64,000 nucleotides of DNA from an uncultured Lentimicrobiaceae bacterium (GCA_964473395.1 CAYYOW010000001.1:10237-74236), one strand, 5' to 3'. Shown: positions 18,310 to 28,158, counted from the stretch's first letter. Notes: generated by a model not told the origin, from the sequence alone. Translations and numbers: made by a program.

Positions 18310-18443
18310 TTTGCTCAGCTTCTTGCGTGAGAAGAAAAGCCGGAACTTTGCCATGAACGTTATACTCAAAGTGTTTCCGAACATCTCTGAAGCAAAGATA
18401 GTCCTTAATATCGGACAATGAGTACGAACAAAAATAAACGAAA

Positions 18444-20000
18444 ATGAATAAAACACGCATACTTTGGGCAGATGACGAAATAGTCATGCTGAAGCCACAT
18501 ATTATATTTCTGGAAGAAAAAGGCTTTGATGTTGTCGCCGTAAACAGTGGCAGTGAAGCGTTGGAATTGGTGATGGAAGAGAACTTCGATATTATTTTCC
18601 TGGACGAACAGATGCCCGGGTTGAGCGGCATAGAAGTATTGGAAAAAATTAAAGAGATACAGCCCAACATCCCCGTGGTGATGATCACCAAAAGTGAGGA
18701 AGAATCTATTATGGAAGATGCCATAGGCTCCAATATTGCTGACTACCTTATTAAACCAGTAAAACCCAGCCAGATACTACTGTCGCTCAAACGTAATCTG
18801 GAAAATAAGAAACTGACGAGCGAAAAGGCCTCACAAATTTATCAGCATGAGTTTCGCAGCATCAGCATGAAACTTCAGGGCAGGCTTTCCCCTGATGAGT
18901 GGACAGATGTTTACAAAAAGCTGGTTAGATGGGATATTGAACTTGAGAAATCAGATGACGAGGGCATCAGCGAAGTTTTGAAAATGCAGATAAATGAAGC
19001 CAACACTGGTTTTGCAAAGTTTTATGAACGTAACTATGCCGACTGGTTATATGGTAATACGGAGGAAAAACCTATCCTTTCCCACACACTTATAAAAAGG
19101 AAGGTCTTTCCGAGGTTAGATGAGGGTAATAAGGTTTTTCTGTTGGTAATTGATAATCTGCGCTACGACCAGTGGAAGATTATCGAGCCTATGGTTGGTG
19201 AATATTTTCGCGTAGAAGAAGATGATTTATATTATGCCATATTGCCCACCACGACGCAATACGCACGCAACGCCCTGTTTGCCGGGATGATGCCTTTGGA
19301 AATCAGAAAACGTTTTCCCCGGCTGTGGAAAGATGAACACGAAGAGGGAACAAAAAATCAATTTGAAGCCGAGCTATTGGGTGAGCAACTAAAACGTTAC
19401 GGAAAAAAAATAAAGTATTCTTACCATAAAATTCTTCGCCAGGAGGAAGGACGTAAACTGGTTGAAGACATTTCCAATCTTATGGAGTATGACCTCAATG
19501 TTATCGTGTACAACTTTGTGGACATGCTTTCGCATGCACGTACTGAGATGGAAATTATCCGGGAGCTGGCTGATGACGAACCTGCTTACCGCTCGCTTAT
19601 GAAGTCGTGGTTTGAACACTCCTCGCTCTTTGAAATTATTAAATATTTGTCAGGTAAGCAAGTCAAAATAATAATTACCACCGATCACGGTTCCATAAAG
19701 GTACAGCGTCCTGTGAAGATTGTTGGCGATCGTAATGTCAATACCAACCTGCGATACAAATTTGGAAAAAGCCTGAATTATAATAGCCGGGAGGTCTTTG
19801 AGATGAAAGACCCTGAAAAGTTTTTCCTACCCCGGCAGAACGTGAGTACCCGATGGGTTTTTACCCGTGGAACCGATTTCTTCGCTTATCCCAATAACTA
19901 CAACTACTATGCTCGTTACTATTCCAACACTTTCCAGCATGGGGGCATCTCAATGCAGGAAGTTATGGTTCCCATTATTACATTGAGTTCCAAAGGGTGA
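18444..20000 (+). CDS. porX: response regulator PorX (REC + PglZ/alkaline-phosphatase domain), T9SS regulator
   Basis: ILWADDEI..LKPH, FLDEQMPG, VIDNLRYDQW, LPTTTQYARN, TTDHG, FQHGGIS; followed by tsaE. Confidence 0.93.
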   Translation: MNKTRILWADDEIVMLKPHIIFLEEKGFDVVAVNSGSEALELVMEENFDIIFLDEQMPGLSGIEVLEKIKEIQPNIPVVMITKSEEESIMEDAIGSNIADYLIKPVKPSQILLSLKRNLENKKLTSEKASQIYQHEFRSISMKLQGRLSPDEWTDVYKKLVRWDIELEKSDDEGISEVLKMQINEANTGFAKFYERNYADWLYGNTEEKPILSHTLIKRKVFPRLDEGNKVFLLVIDNLRYDQWKIIEPMVGEYFRVEEDDLYYAILPTTTQYARNALFAGMMPLEIRKRFPRLWKDEHEEGTKNQFEAELLGEQLKRYGKKIKYSYHKILRQEEGRKLVEDISNLMEYDLNVIVYNFVDMLSHARTEMEIIRELADDEPAYRSLMKSWFEHSSLFEIIKYLSGKQVKIIITTDHGSIKVQRPVKIVGDRNVNTNLRYKFGKSLNYNSREVFEMKDPEKFFLPRQNVSTRWVFTRGTDFFAYPNNYNYYARYYSNTFQHGGISMQEVMVPIITLSSKG

Positions 20001-20428
20001 TGAAAAAAGTACTGTTTTCTAAAGCCCCAGAAGATTTAATATTAGCAGCAGCTAAAATACTGGAGGAGATGAATTCGGAGCACATTTTCGCTTTTTATGG
20101 TGAAATGGGTGCCGGAAAAACTACGTTCATCAAAGCTTTCTGTCATGTTCTGGGCAGCAGCGATGTTGTGCATAGTCCCACATTTTCGCTTGTAAATGAA
20201 TATGAAGACAAGATGGGGAGAAGTCTGTATCATTTCGATTTCTATCGTATTAAAGATCTTGAGGAAGTATATGACATAGGATTTGAAGAGTATATTGACA
20301 GCGGAGACTATTGTTTTTTGGAATGGCCGGAACAAATTTCGGAACTTTTGCCCAAAATTTACGTATATATTTCAATTGAAGTAGATAAGGACGAAATACG
20401 AAAAATTACCTATTCACTGCAAAATTAA
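19997..20428 (+). CDS. tsaE: tRNA threonylcarbamoyladenosine ATPase TsaE
   Basis: GEMGAGKTT, VHSPTFSLVNEY, HFDFYRI, EWPE. Confidence 0.96.
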   Translation: MMKKVLFSKAPEDLILAAAKILEEMNSEHIFAFYGEMGAGKTTFIKAFCHVLGSSDVVHSPTFSLVNEYEDKMGRSLYHFDFYRIKDLEEVYDIGFEEYIDSGDYCFLEWPEQISELLPKIYVYISIEVDKDEIRKITYSLQN

Positions 20429-20439
20429 ATTGATACACC

Positions 20440-21663
20440 ATGGTTGAAGAAGGAAAAACCTTTCTGAAATTTTCGGGAGATGAAGTGCTCATGCCGAGGG
20501 AGGAGACGCTGGAACGGAGACCTCAGCAAAAGAAATTTATTATTGGTATTCCACTGGAGAAAGATGAAAATGAAAGGCGTATAGCCCTTGTTCCCAATGC
20601 AGTTGACCTCCTTGTGAAAAATGGTCATCAGGTTGTCGTAGAAGAGAATGCCGGTAAAGCAGCCCATTTTTCAAATGAAATGTATGCCGCTTCAGGTGCA
20701 CAAATAACACAAACGGCTGCCGAAGTGTGGCAATCAGATATCATTGTTAAAATTGCTGCACCCGATGCCGGCGAGATTGACCTGATGCATAAAAACCAAA
20801 CTATTTTCTCAGCCCTTATGTCCCAAAGTAAAAGCACGGTTTTTTTCAAAAAACTGATGGAGAAAAAGGCGCTGGCTATTGCTTACGAACTGATAAAAGA
20901 TAAAACGGGTGCTTTCCCATTGATACGCTCCATGAGTGAGATTATCGGTAACACCTCTATAATGGTTGCTGCCGAATATCTTAGCAGTCCTAAATATGGA
21001 AAGGGGGTGATGCTGGGCGGTTTTCCTGGAATAAGGCCATCAGAGGTAGTGATTATTGGCTCCGGAACGGTAGCCGAATATGCAGCCCGCACAGCCTATG
21101 GCATGGGTGCTCAGGTGCGTATTTTTGATGACTCAGTTTATAAAATGCGCGACCTGCAAAACAAACTCAAATTCAGAATCTCAACTTCTGTTTTACAGCC
21201 CATTCTGCTGCTGAAAGCGTTGAAAGAAGCAGATGTGGTCATTGCTGCAAAACATTCTTCCTCCGGACATTCTGCCTGTATTATCTCTTCGGATATGGTC
21301 AAACAAATGAAACATGGTGCAGTGATAGTGGATGTGAGCATTGACCAGGGCGGATGTTTCGAAACTTCCCACCCTACATCACACCAGCATCCTGTGTTTC
21401 AGGAATATGGGGTAACACATTATTGTGTTCCCAACATCGCTTCCAGGGTTCCCCACACCGCTTCTTACTCGCTTAGCAACCATCTTACCGGGCTGCTGTT
21501 GAAAATTGGCGAAACAGGTAACATCAACCATTATATTAATCGCGACAAGCCTTTCAGCAAAGGCGTTTATATTTACAATGGCGCCCTCACCAACAAAAAT
21601 ATAGCCGATACTTTCAACCTCCCATTTCGAGATTTGGATTTGCTTACATCGGCACTGTATTGA
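20440..21663 (+). CDS. ald: alanine dehydrogenase
   Basis: IGIPLE...ERRIALVP, PMSE-like RSMSEIIG, VDVSIDQGGCFETS, HYCVPNIASRV. Confidence 0.88.
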   Translation: MVEEGKTFLKFSGDEVLMPREETLERRPQQKKFIIGIPLEKDENERRIALVPNAVDLLVKNGHQVVVEENAGKAAHFSNEMYAASGAQITQTAAEVWQSDIIVKIAAPDAGEIDLMHKNQTIFSALMSQSKSTVFFKKLMEKKALAIAYELIKDKTGAFPLIRSMSEIIGNTSIMVAAEYLSSPKYGKGVMLGGFPGIRPSEVVIIGSGTVAEYAARTAYGMGAQVRIFDDSVYKMRDLQNKLKFRISTSVLQPILLLKALKEADVVIAAKHSSSGHSACIISSDMVKQMKHGAVIVDVSIDQGGCFETSHPTSHQHPVFQEYGVTHYCVPNIASRVPHTASYSLSNHLTGLLLKIGETGNINHYINRDKPFSKGVYIYNGALTNKNIADTFNLPFRDLDLLTSALY

Positions 21664-21700
21664 AAATACTGAAATTATAACCTTGAGCTACGAAAACTAA

Positions 21701-21742
21701 TAACCTGAAACTGTGAGTAAAGCTTGTATCGAACTCAGGTTA
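21701..21742. repeat. short inverted repeat resembling IS-end remnants
   Basis: TAACCTGA (21701) ... CGAACTCAGGTTA (21730-21742); related copies at 21675 and 25123. Confidence 0.4.
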
Positions 21743-21758
21743 ATAAAAATACTGTAAG

Positions 21759-21791
21759 AGAAAAGCCGCCCACTTTCCGGACGGTTTTTCT
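21759..21791. terminator. bidirectional terminator between ald and the convergent gene
   Basis: AGAAAAGCCG...CGGTTTTTCT. Confidence 0.65.
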
Positions 21792-21811
21792 GCTTCATAA
21801 AAGAATAATGA

Positions 21812-22651
21812 TTATTTCTTTTCCACGGTGGAGGTGATGGTGCTGCTGATGTCCATGGGGATTTCCATCCCGTTCTTTTCTACTTTCATTTTTATATCCT
21901 GTGTCAGGTGAGTTGACATTGTCCAGCCTGTTTTCGTGTCCACCACAACTTCCCCTGACTGGGTACCACTCAGGTTAATTGTCTGGCCTGCAACCTTATT
22001 CGCGGTTATAGTTCCTTCAATACCAATGGTTGCTTTTTTACCTGAAATTTTTTCAAGTGTATATTTTATATGAATTTTCATATTATCAGTTTTCATAGGC
22101 CTAATATCAGCTTCCCAGCTGTCGCCTACTTTCACTTTATGGTCGGGAAAAATGACGTAATTATTTCCGGATTTAATGTTTCCTGCAATTTTGTTGTTGT
22201 CCTTGAGCAAGGCTGACAAATCATAAGAAGAGATATTTCCGAGATGATCCATGGTAATACCGTATGGTTTTTTAATGATGTTATTCAGGGCATAGCCGAT
22301 TTGTTTGCCACGGCCCGAAGCAAAAGTTGTGGAATCAGACGAATCATAATTTAAAACCTGCCCAAACATAGTTTGTTTCATGGCCAGTCTTTCCACCGTA
22401 TTCGTAGTTTTGATTTCTTTAGGTGTTACTTCACTAATTACAGAGGAAATATCTGTGGTAATAATCTGGCTCATCGAGATAGTCTGCCCCTGAGCCTCCA
22501 TGTCCATCTCCTGGTTGGCTATCTGATGGCCGACAAATTTCTCTCCCTGCTTCATGTTGTATTTCAACAGGACTTTTCTCTGTGCATTGGCCTGCAGAGG
22601 AATAATCGGCAAGACTAAAGCCAAAGCAATAAATAATTTAAGATTTTTCAT
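21812..22651 (-). CDS. secreted DUF6263-like protein
   Basis: Signal peptide, LKYNMKQGE, YDS, FPDHKVKVGDSW, G.V.VDTKTGW. Confidence 0.75.
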   Translation of the reverse strand: MKNLKLFIALALVLPIIPLQANAQRKVLLKYNMKQGEKFVGHQIANQEMDMEAQGQTISMSQIITTDISSVISEVTPKEIKTTNTVERLAMKQTMFGQVLNYDSSDSTTFASGRGKQIGYALNNIIKKPYGITMDHLGNISSYDLSALLKDNNKIAGNIKSGNNYVIFPDHKVKVGDSWEADIRPMKTDNMKIHIKYTLEKISGKKATIGIEGTITANKVAGQTINLSGTQSGEVVVDTKTGWTMSTHLTQDIKMKVEKNGMEIPMDISSTITSTVEKK

Positions 22652-22688
22652 AATGTAATGTGATTATAATTAAATGAGTTTTAATAAT

Positions 22689-24206
22689 TTAGAATGGACT
22701 TTCTCCATTGTCATCGTTCATGCGGGATGGGATAGTACGAATACCATTACCCGGATCATCCGGATTAAATTCATCGGTACCACCTGAAGGTGAAGCATCA
22801 AGTTCTTCAAATTTGGCAAAACGGTCAATAAACCGCAGGCGGACATTAGCCGTTGGTCCGTTACGATGTTTAGCAATGATAATTTCGGCAGCCCCTTTGG
22901 AAGGTTGGCCATCATCAAACTGTTCAATACCATAATATTCTGGACGGTATATAAACATCACAATATCAGCATCCTGTTCAATAGCACCCGACTCACGCAA
23001 GTCGGACAGGATAGGTCTTCTGGAACCACCCGGTCGTGTTTCCACAGCACGGCTTAGCTGCGAGAGAGTAAGTACCGGCACATTCAGCTCTTTAGCCAGA
23101 GCTTTCAGCGAACGTGAGATGGAACTGATCTCCTGTTCACGATTTCCGCGATTATCACGCCCGAGCGTCATAAGCTGAAGGTAGTCGACAAAAACCATCT
23201 GAATGTCATGCTGCTGCTTTAGCCTGCGACATTTTGCACGCAGTTCAAATATGGAAAGGGCAGGGGTATCGTCAATAAAAATTTTAGCATCGGTAAGGGA
23301 GTGAATCTTTGAGTTCAGCTGATGCCATTCATACTCAGCCAGATCCCCTTTTTTAAGTTTGGAAGCCGGCAGTTCGGTTTCGCTCGATATAAGCCTGGTA
23401 ACCAACTGTACAGCAGACATTTCCAAAGAAAAGACAGCAACCGGTTTTTTATATTCAACCGCAATGTTTCGCGCCATGCTGAGGGCAAAAGCTGTTTTCC
23501 CCATGGCCGGGCGTGCAGCAAGGATAATCAGGTCGGAATTTTGCCATCCGGTTGTAACTCTGTCGAGTGCAGCATACCCTGAGGGGACTCCACTGAAGTG
23601 TGAGTCAGAGTTCTTTGCGCTTTCGATGTCGGCAATAGCCTGCGTAATAAGTGACGGCATATCAGCAAAATTACGCCTCAAGTTAGCTTCAGAAACACTA
23701 AAAAGCCCCTGCTCGGCTTTGTCAAGCAAATCGAAAACATCTGTAGTATCCTCAAATGCATCTTTTATGATGTCGGAGGAAATAGTAATCAGCTCCCGCT
23801 GAATATGCTTCTGGATAAGAATACGGGCGTGATATTCTACGTTGGCAGAAGAGGCTATGCGGCTGGTAAGCATGGTGATGTAGTAAGGACCTCCCACCAT
23901 CTCAAGTTCACCGGTATTTTTTAGTTCATTGGTTACGGTCAGAATATCTACCGGCTCCGACTTGGCAAACAACCGGAGAATAGCAGCAAAAATCTTCTGG
24001 TGCACCTCTTTATAAAAGATTTCCGGCTTAAGAATATCAATTACGGTAGAAACAGCATCCTTTTCCAGCATCATAGCGCCCAGCACGGCCTCTTCCAGGT
24101 CTGTTGCCTGTGGGGGGACTTTACCATGTTCCAGGTAACTGTTGCTTACGGATTTAGGTGTAAAACCTTTTTTAACTTTTGTTTTTGTCTCTCCCGGCTT
24201 TTCCAT
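22689..24206 (-). CDS. dnaB: replicative DNA helicase
   Basis: PPQATDLEEAVLGA, LAARPAMGKT, VDYLQLM, LSDLRESGAIEQDAD, IAKHRNG; no intein. Confidence 0.98.
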   Translation of the reverse strand: MEKPGETKTKVKKGFTPKSVSNSYLEHGKVPPQATDLEEAVLGAMMLEKDAVSTVIDILKPEIFYKEVHQKIFAAILRLFAKSEPVDILTVTNELKNTGELEMVGGPYYITMLTSRIASSANVEYHARILIQKHIQRELITISSDIIKDAFEDTTDVFDLLDKAEQGLFSVSEANLRRNFADMPSLITQAIADIESAKNSDSHFSGVPSGYAALDRVTTGWQNSDLIILAARPAMGKTAFALSMARNIAVEYKKPVAVFSLEMSAVQLVTRLISSETELPASKLKKGDLAEYEWHQLNSKIHSLTDAKIFIDDTPALSIFELRAKCRRLKQQHDIQMVFVDYLQLMTLGRDNRGNREQEISSISRSLKALAKELNVPVLTLSQLSRAVETRPGGSRRPILSDLRESGAIEQDADIVMFIYRPEYYGIEQFDDGQPSKGAAEIIIAKHRNGPTANVRLRFIDRFAKFEELDASPSGGTDEFNPDDPGNGIRTIPSRMNDDNGESPF

Positions 24207-24354
24207 TTTTCAAAAATACAAATTGATAGGCTCATGCTACCGATTGTTGATAAATAATTTTTAGATGCGGAACAACCGGTTCAATTTGTTTTTCGTTGTA
24301 TGGTTGCCTGCATAGTGTTCCCGTCTATTCATTCCTTTCTTTTCACCATCAGAC

Positions 24355-25065
24355 TCAAGAGAAAATGACAAACTCCTCTTTCACCAGTGGTAATCCCTGA
24401 TAGCGGCGGAAAAGCTGAAGGGTAGTGAGCACATCTTTCTGGCAGTATGTGGCGATACGTTTCAGGTCTTTGTCTTCCCAATATACTTTTGCCACCTCAC
24501 TACCATCAATGTCATCCTTTGGTGTGGGGATATCAAATATAGCTGCCAGCAACTCTAGGGAGGTGTAGTGCCTATAATCGCCAAATTTCCACAACTCCAG
24601 CGTATCCAGATGTCTTATTTCCCAGGGCTTTTTCCCGGCAAGGTCTAAAATGTCCGGGAGTTTAATACCATTAATAAGCATACGCCGCGCTAAATAGGGA
24701 AAGTCGAATTCCTTACCATTATGTCCGCACAGCAACGAGTCAGGCCTGTTGTAGTGTTTTGAAAGCAGGTGAGCAAACTCTTCGAGCAGGATTTTCTCAT
24801 CATCGCCATAAAATGATTTCACGCGTACCTCATTTCCATTCATAAAGCCACAGGAAACACAAATTATTTTTCCAAATTCCGCATAAATCCCAGCCTGTGG
24901 ATAGAGGTCGGCAGGGGTAAGGTCTTCGCCAAGATATTTCAGCTTAACAGCTTTTTTGTGCCATAGTTTTTGAAATTTCTCCGGTACGGCATCAAAATCA
25001 GGATAAGCGGGAACCGTTTCAATGTCAAGAAACAGAACATTCTCCAGTGATAAATTGTTGAGCAT
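24355..25065 (-). CDS. PolB-like 3'-5' exonuclease
   Basis: LFLDIETVP, GHNGKEFDFPY, YCQKDV (DEDDy). Confidence 0.9.
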   Translation of the reverse strand: MLNNLSLENVLFLDIETVPAYPDFDAVPEKFQKLWHKKAVKLKYLGEDLTPADLYPQAGIYAEFGKIICVSCGFMNGNEVRVKSFYGDDEKILLEEFAHLLSKHYNRPDSLLCGHNGKEFDFPYLARRMLINGIKLPDILDLAGKKPWEIRHLDTLELWKFGDYRHYTSLELLAAIFDIPTPKDDIDGSEVAKVYWEDKDLKRIATYCQKDVLTTLQLFRRYQGLPLVKEEFVIFS

Positions 25066-25203
25066 CTTATTCGTTTTTTTCTTTGAGCAAAATACAAAAT
25101 TTCTGTTTATCCGGAATATACTTTATAACCTGAGCTCGTTATAAGATTTTCCTCACAGAAAGCCAATAGGACGAATTCTTTCCGAAAACGTTAGTTTTGC
25201 CAC

Positions 25204-25869
25204 ATGAAGTTAAGCAAGGCTGTAAAAACGAAGGATGGTTCCCATACGCTTTTCAATGAAAAGGCAGGGGAGCACTATCATTCTGTTTTCGGTGCCATTC
25301 AGGAATCAGAACATATTTTTATCCGGGCAGGGCTGGAAGGCTATAAAAAGCCGGAAAAAGAATTACGGATTCTGGAAATTGGTTTTGGAACGGGGTTAAA
25401 CGGTCTGCTCACGCTAAAATGGGCCGAAAGGCACCAACAGATAGTGCAATATACCGGTATAGAAGCTTATCCTCCGGTACAAACGGTATTGAAGACGTTG
25501 AATTACCCGGCATTGCTTCACCTTGACAATGCTCTTTTTATGAAAATGCATAGCAGCACAGGTCACCGGCAAGTTTCATCTTTTCTTTCGCTGCATGTTT
25601 TGTATGAGAAATTCCAGGATTATCAACCTGTATCTAACCATTATCATGTTATATTTTTCGATGCATTCTCACCTGATAGTCAGCCGGAGATGTGGACCAA
25701 AGAAGGTTTTAAGAAAATGTATGATGCTTTAATTCCAGAAGGGATACTTGTCACCTATTCCTGCAAAGGAAGTGTGAAACGGGCACTTAAAGCCGCCGGT
25801 TTCAGCCTTGAAAAGCTACCCGGACCTCCAGGCAAACGCGAATTTCTGAGAGCTACAGCACAAAAATAA
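25204..25869 (+). CDS. mnmD: tRNA mnm5s2U34 methyltransferase (stand-alone MnmC2/MnmD domain)
   Basis: [49 protein letters not shown]. Confidence 0.9.
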   Translation: MKLSKAVKTKDGSHTLFNEKAGEHYHSVFGAIQESEHIFIRAGLEGYKKPEKELRILEIGFGTGLNGLLTLKWAERHQQIVQYTGIEAYPPVQTVLKTLNYPALLHLDNALFMKMHSSTGHRQVSSFLSLHVLYEKFQDYQPVSNHYHVIFFDAFSPDSQPEMWTKEGFKKMYDALIPEGILVTYSCKGSVKRALKAAGFSLEKLPGPPGKREFLRATAQK

Positions 25870-25871
25870 TC

Positions 25872-26144
25872 TTAACGTATTTCAAACTGTTGATATCCTT
25901 GTGATGGAATCTCCTGCTTCTCCACCCGGCTGACTCTCGCCCAGGCTGGTCCTTCTTCACACCAATAAGAGAAAGCTTCCAAAGCATCCGGTGGGCCTTC
26001 CGCCTCAATATAAACGCTGCCGTCAGGACGATTTCTTACAAAACCTAATATTCCAAACTCATTTGCTTTTTTCTGTGCATAATACCGGAATCCAACACCT
26101 TGCACGCGTCCGAAAACCTGGAGAATGATGGCTTTTTTGCTCAT
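25872..26144 (-). CDS. acyP: acylphosphatase (probable start ATG 26144)
   Basis: GRVQGVGFR, GFVRNRPDGSVYIEAEG. Confidence 0.93.
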   Translation of the reverse strand: MSKKAIILQVFGRVQGVGFRYYAQKKANEFGILGFVRNRPDGSVYIEAEGPPDALEAFSYWCEEGPAWARVSRVEKQEIPSQGYQQFEIR

Positions 26145-26320
26145 TTTAAAATGATTGACTAGCTTAAAACAATACTTAATTATCCCTTCATTGAATATCT
26201 TTCCAAAGATAGAAATTATATATCTCATAAAAATATAATCAGGTATTGTCATAAGCATGATTTATTGTAACTTTACATCCACCTAAAGTAGAGGGCATGT
26301 GAAATAACCTTTTAATTATT

Positions 26321-26839
26321 ATGCCTATGAATAGAAAGTTACTTGTTAATTTATTAAGCGTTGTCACTATACTGTTCTTTTGTCAGGCTGGTTTTAGCCA
26401 AAATATTTTGGCTAAAGGGAACATGGAGAGATGGACGGATACAACCCATCTCGCCGACAGGATTCGCATGGAAAATATTACCCTGGAATCAACGATTATG
26501 TATGGTGAGAAAAATCCAGCAAAACGTATGGAAGAGAGCAAAGCCCTTAGCCATACCAGCATTGATACCGAAACCAGCAACAATAAACTCGCCGACAGTA
26601 TCAGAATTTATCCCAATCCGGGCAACGGAAAACTGAATATTATCTTGAATAATACCCTCAAGGGTAAAGTTACGGTTCGCGTTATGGATATTACCGGACG
26701 CGTGGTTTACAAACACGTCTTTACTAACGTGATGAACCAAATGCTGCCTGTTAATATCAGCAATGAGCCTTCCAATCTGTATTTTATCAGTATCAGCAAT
26801 AGATACAATATGGTTGTGAAGAAATTTATGAAGCGATAG
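26321..26839 (+). CDS. small T9SS type A sorting-domain protein, possibly an internally deleted remnant
   Basis: Signal peptide; C-terminal IRIYPNPGNG..V.DITGR.V..SNLYFI..VKKFMKR sorting domain; only about 60 aa of cargo. Confidence 0.75.
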   Translation: MPMNRKLLVNLLSVVTILFFCQAGFSQNILAKGNMERWTDTTHLADRIRMENITLESTIMYGEKNPAKRMEESKALSHTSIDTETSNNKLADSIRIYPNPGNGKLNIILNNTLKGKVTVRVMDITGRVVYKHVFTNVMNQMLPVNISNEPSNLYFISISNRYNMVVKKFMKR

Positions 26840-26868
26840 TACGTTGTTCTTACAGAAGATTCTGAGTG

Positions 26869-27435
26869 TCAGTGTAGCTGCCTGGCAACCCAGTCGTTAA
26901 GCCGTTCGAAAAGCTGTTGGGGCAACAACCTGCGCCAGGCCAATTCATCAAACTCTCCTCCGAAAATCAAATACTGATCAATATTTACTTCTTTAAATTC
27001 CTGCTTAACATGATGACGAAAGTTAAGTCCAATAATCCAGCCATCGCCCAGATTGTCAAACCATTCGGCAAAATAATCATCCGTGTCCGAATGAAAATCA
27101 AACACGTTTTCGCCAACGAGGATAAAATATTTTATCTCTTGATCCATAAGCTCCTCAACAACATTCCGGTACAGATACATCACATCGTTGTACAAAACAT
27201 CATTCCATTCGCCAAACAGCTCGATGATAGCATATTGCTGCTCATACTGTACAAACAACAGCTTCAAATAGAGCGTTTGCGAACCAAAGTAATCCCATTG
27301 TGGATGGATGTAATGGTCGTAAATGGCATGTTCAAAATAGATTTCACTGTTTTGACGTCCGAAAAACGGCGAACGGTCATCTTCAGATGCAATATACAAT
27401 TCTCGCCAGTTGTAATAAGGTTCCAAATTGTGCAT
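26869..27435 (-). CDS. hypothetical protein with a STAS-like C-terminal region
   Basis: 188-aa ORF in a tight run with crcB; residue pattern resembles SpoIIAA (by eye). Confidence 0.7.
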   Translation of the reverse strand: MHNLEPYYNWRELYIASEDDRSPFFGRQNSEIYFEHAIYDHYIHPQWDYFGSQTLYLKLLFVQYEQQYAIIELFGEWNDVLYNDVMYLYRNVVEELMDQEIKYFILVGENVFDFHSDTDDYFAEWFDNLGDGWIIGLNFRHHVKQEFKEVNIDQYLIFGGEFDELAWRRLLPQQLFERLNDWVARQLH

Positions 27436-27459
27436 AACAAGGCAGGAGTGAAGTTTTAA

Positions 27460-27834
27460 TTAGATAGATTTAGACAGAAAATAGCCGCCTATGGCCAATG
27501 AAATACCAAAAAGGTTCGTAGCAAGAAGGTAAAGCGTCATGTAAACATAATCGCCGCTTTTTATCAGGCTGAAATTGTCGAAAGCAAATGTGGAGAAGGT
27601 GGTGAAACTTCCAAGAATTCCCACAAAAATGAGTAGCCGCATACCCGGCGACACATATACGCGGGCAAAATACCCCCACAAAAAACCAATCACAAGCGAG
27701 CCAAGCAGGTTCACGGTAAGCGTTGCCCACGGGAAATCGCTGTGGAATTTGGAGTCAATTACTTCATATATCAGAAATCGTAACACGGCGCCTATGCTTC
27801 CGCCGAAAGCTACAGCCAGTAGTTTAATAATCAT
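27460..27834 (-). CDS. crcB: fluoride efflux channel CrcB/FluC
   Basis: GGSIGAVLR, FPWATLTVNLLGS, GILGSFTTFSTF. Confidence 0.96.
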   Translation of the reverse strand: MIIKLLAVAFGGSIGAVLRFLIYEVIDSKFHSDFPWATLTVNLLGSLVIGFLWGYFARVYVSPGMRLLIFVGILGSFTTFSTFAFDNFSLIKSGDYVYMTLYLLATNLFGISLAIGGYFLSKSI

Positions 27835-28158
27835 TTACAATGCGAATTTGAGATTTTCTATTTCTTTCAATAGTGAATAAAGCCGATTCATGGTCTGCCG
27901 GTCGTTCAAGGTTATCTCGTAGGTAAAACTAACATAAGTGCCTTTGCTGCTCTTGTTTTTACTTTGGAATAAATATCCGATACTCAATTCATTAAATACA
28001 TTAACAAGCTGCTGTTTATTTTCCCTTACATTCGGGGTAGCAGTCATAACAGCTTTTAGCCTGTAGGTCACCGGAAACTGTAGTCCCTGGTTATTCATTT
28101 GTACAGGAGCAGAATCTTCTTTTGATATTTTCTTTTCCTTTTGAGAGTCGTCAGTCAT
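27835..28158 (-). CDS. DUF493/YbeD-like protein
   Basis: FPVTYRLK, SSKGTYVS, LY..L..IENLKFAL. Confidence 0.85.
   Translation of the reverse strand: MTDDSQKEKKISKEDSAPVQMNNQGLQFPVTYRLKAVMTATPNVRENKQQLVNVFNELSIGYLFQSKNKSSKGTYVSFTYEITLNDRQTMNRLYSLLKEIENLKFAL

Noticed and set aside
18293-18733. 147-aa N-terminal extension of the HD protein in the ORF track
   Set aside because: It is antisense to the porX 5' end; the family starts at MSK..KRKIFNDP (18292)
18444-20000. PglZ domain as a sign of a BREX defence system
   Set aside because: The REC-PglZ architecture with tsaE is PorX; no brx/pgl partner genes are present
26243-26272. Second dif-like site (TATTGTCATAA-GCATGA-TTTATTGTAAC), and a weak look-alike near 40010-40040
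   Set aside because: The XerD arm matches poorly, which is expected in AT-rich DNA
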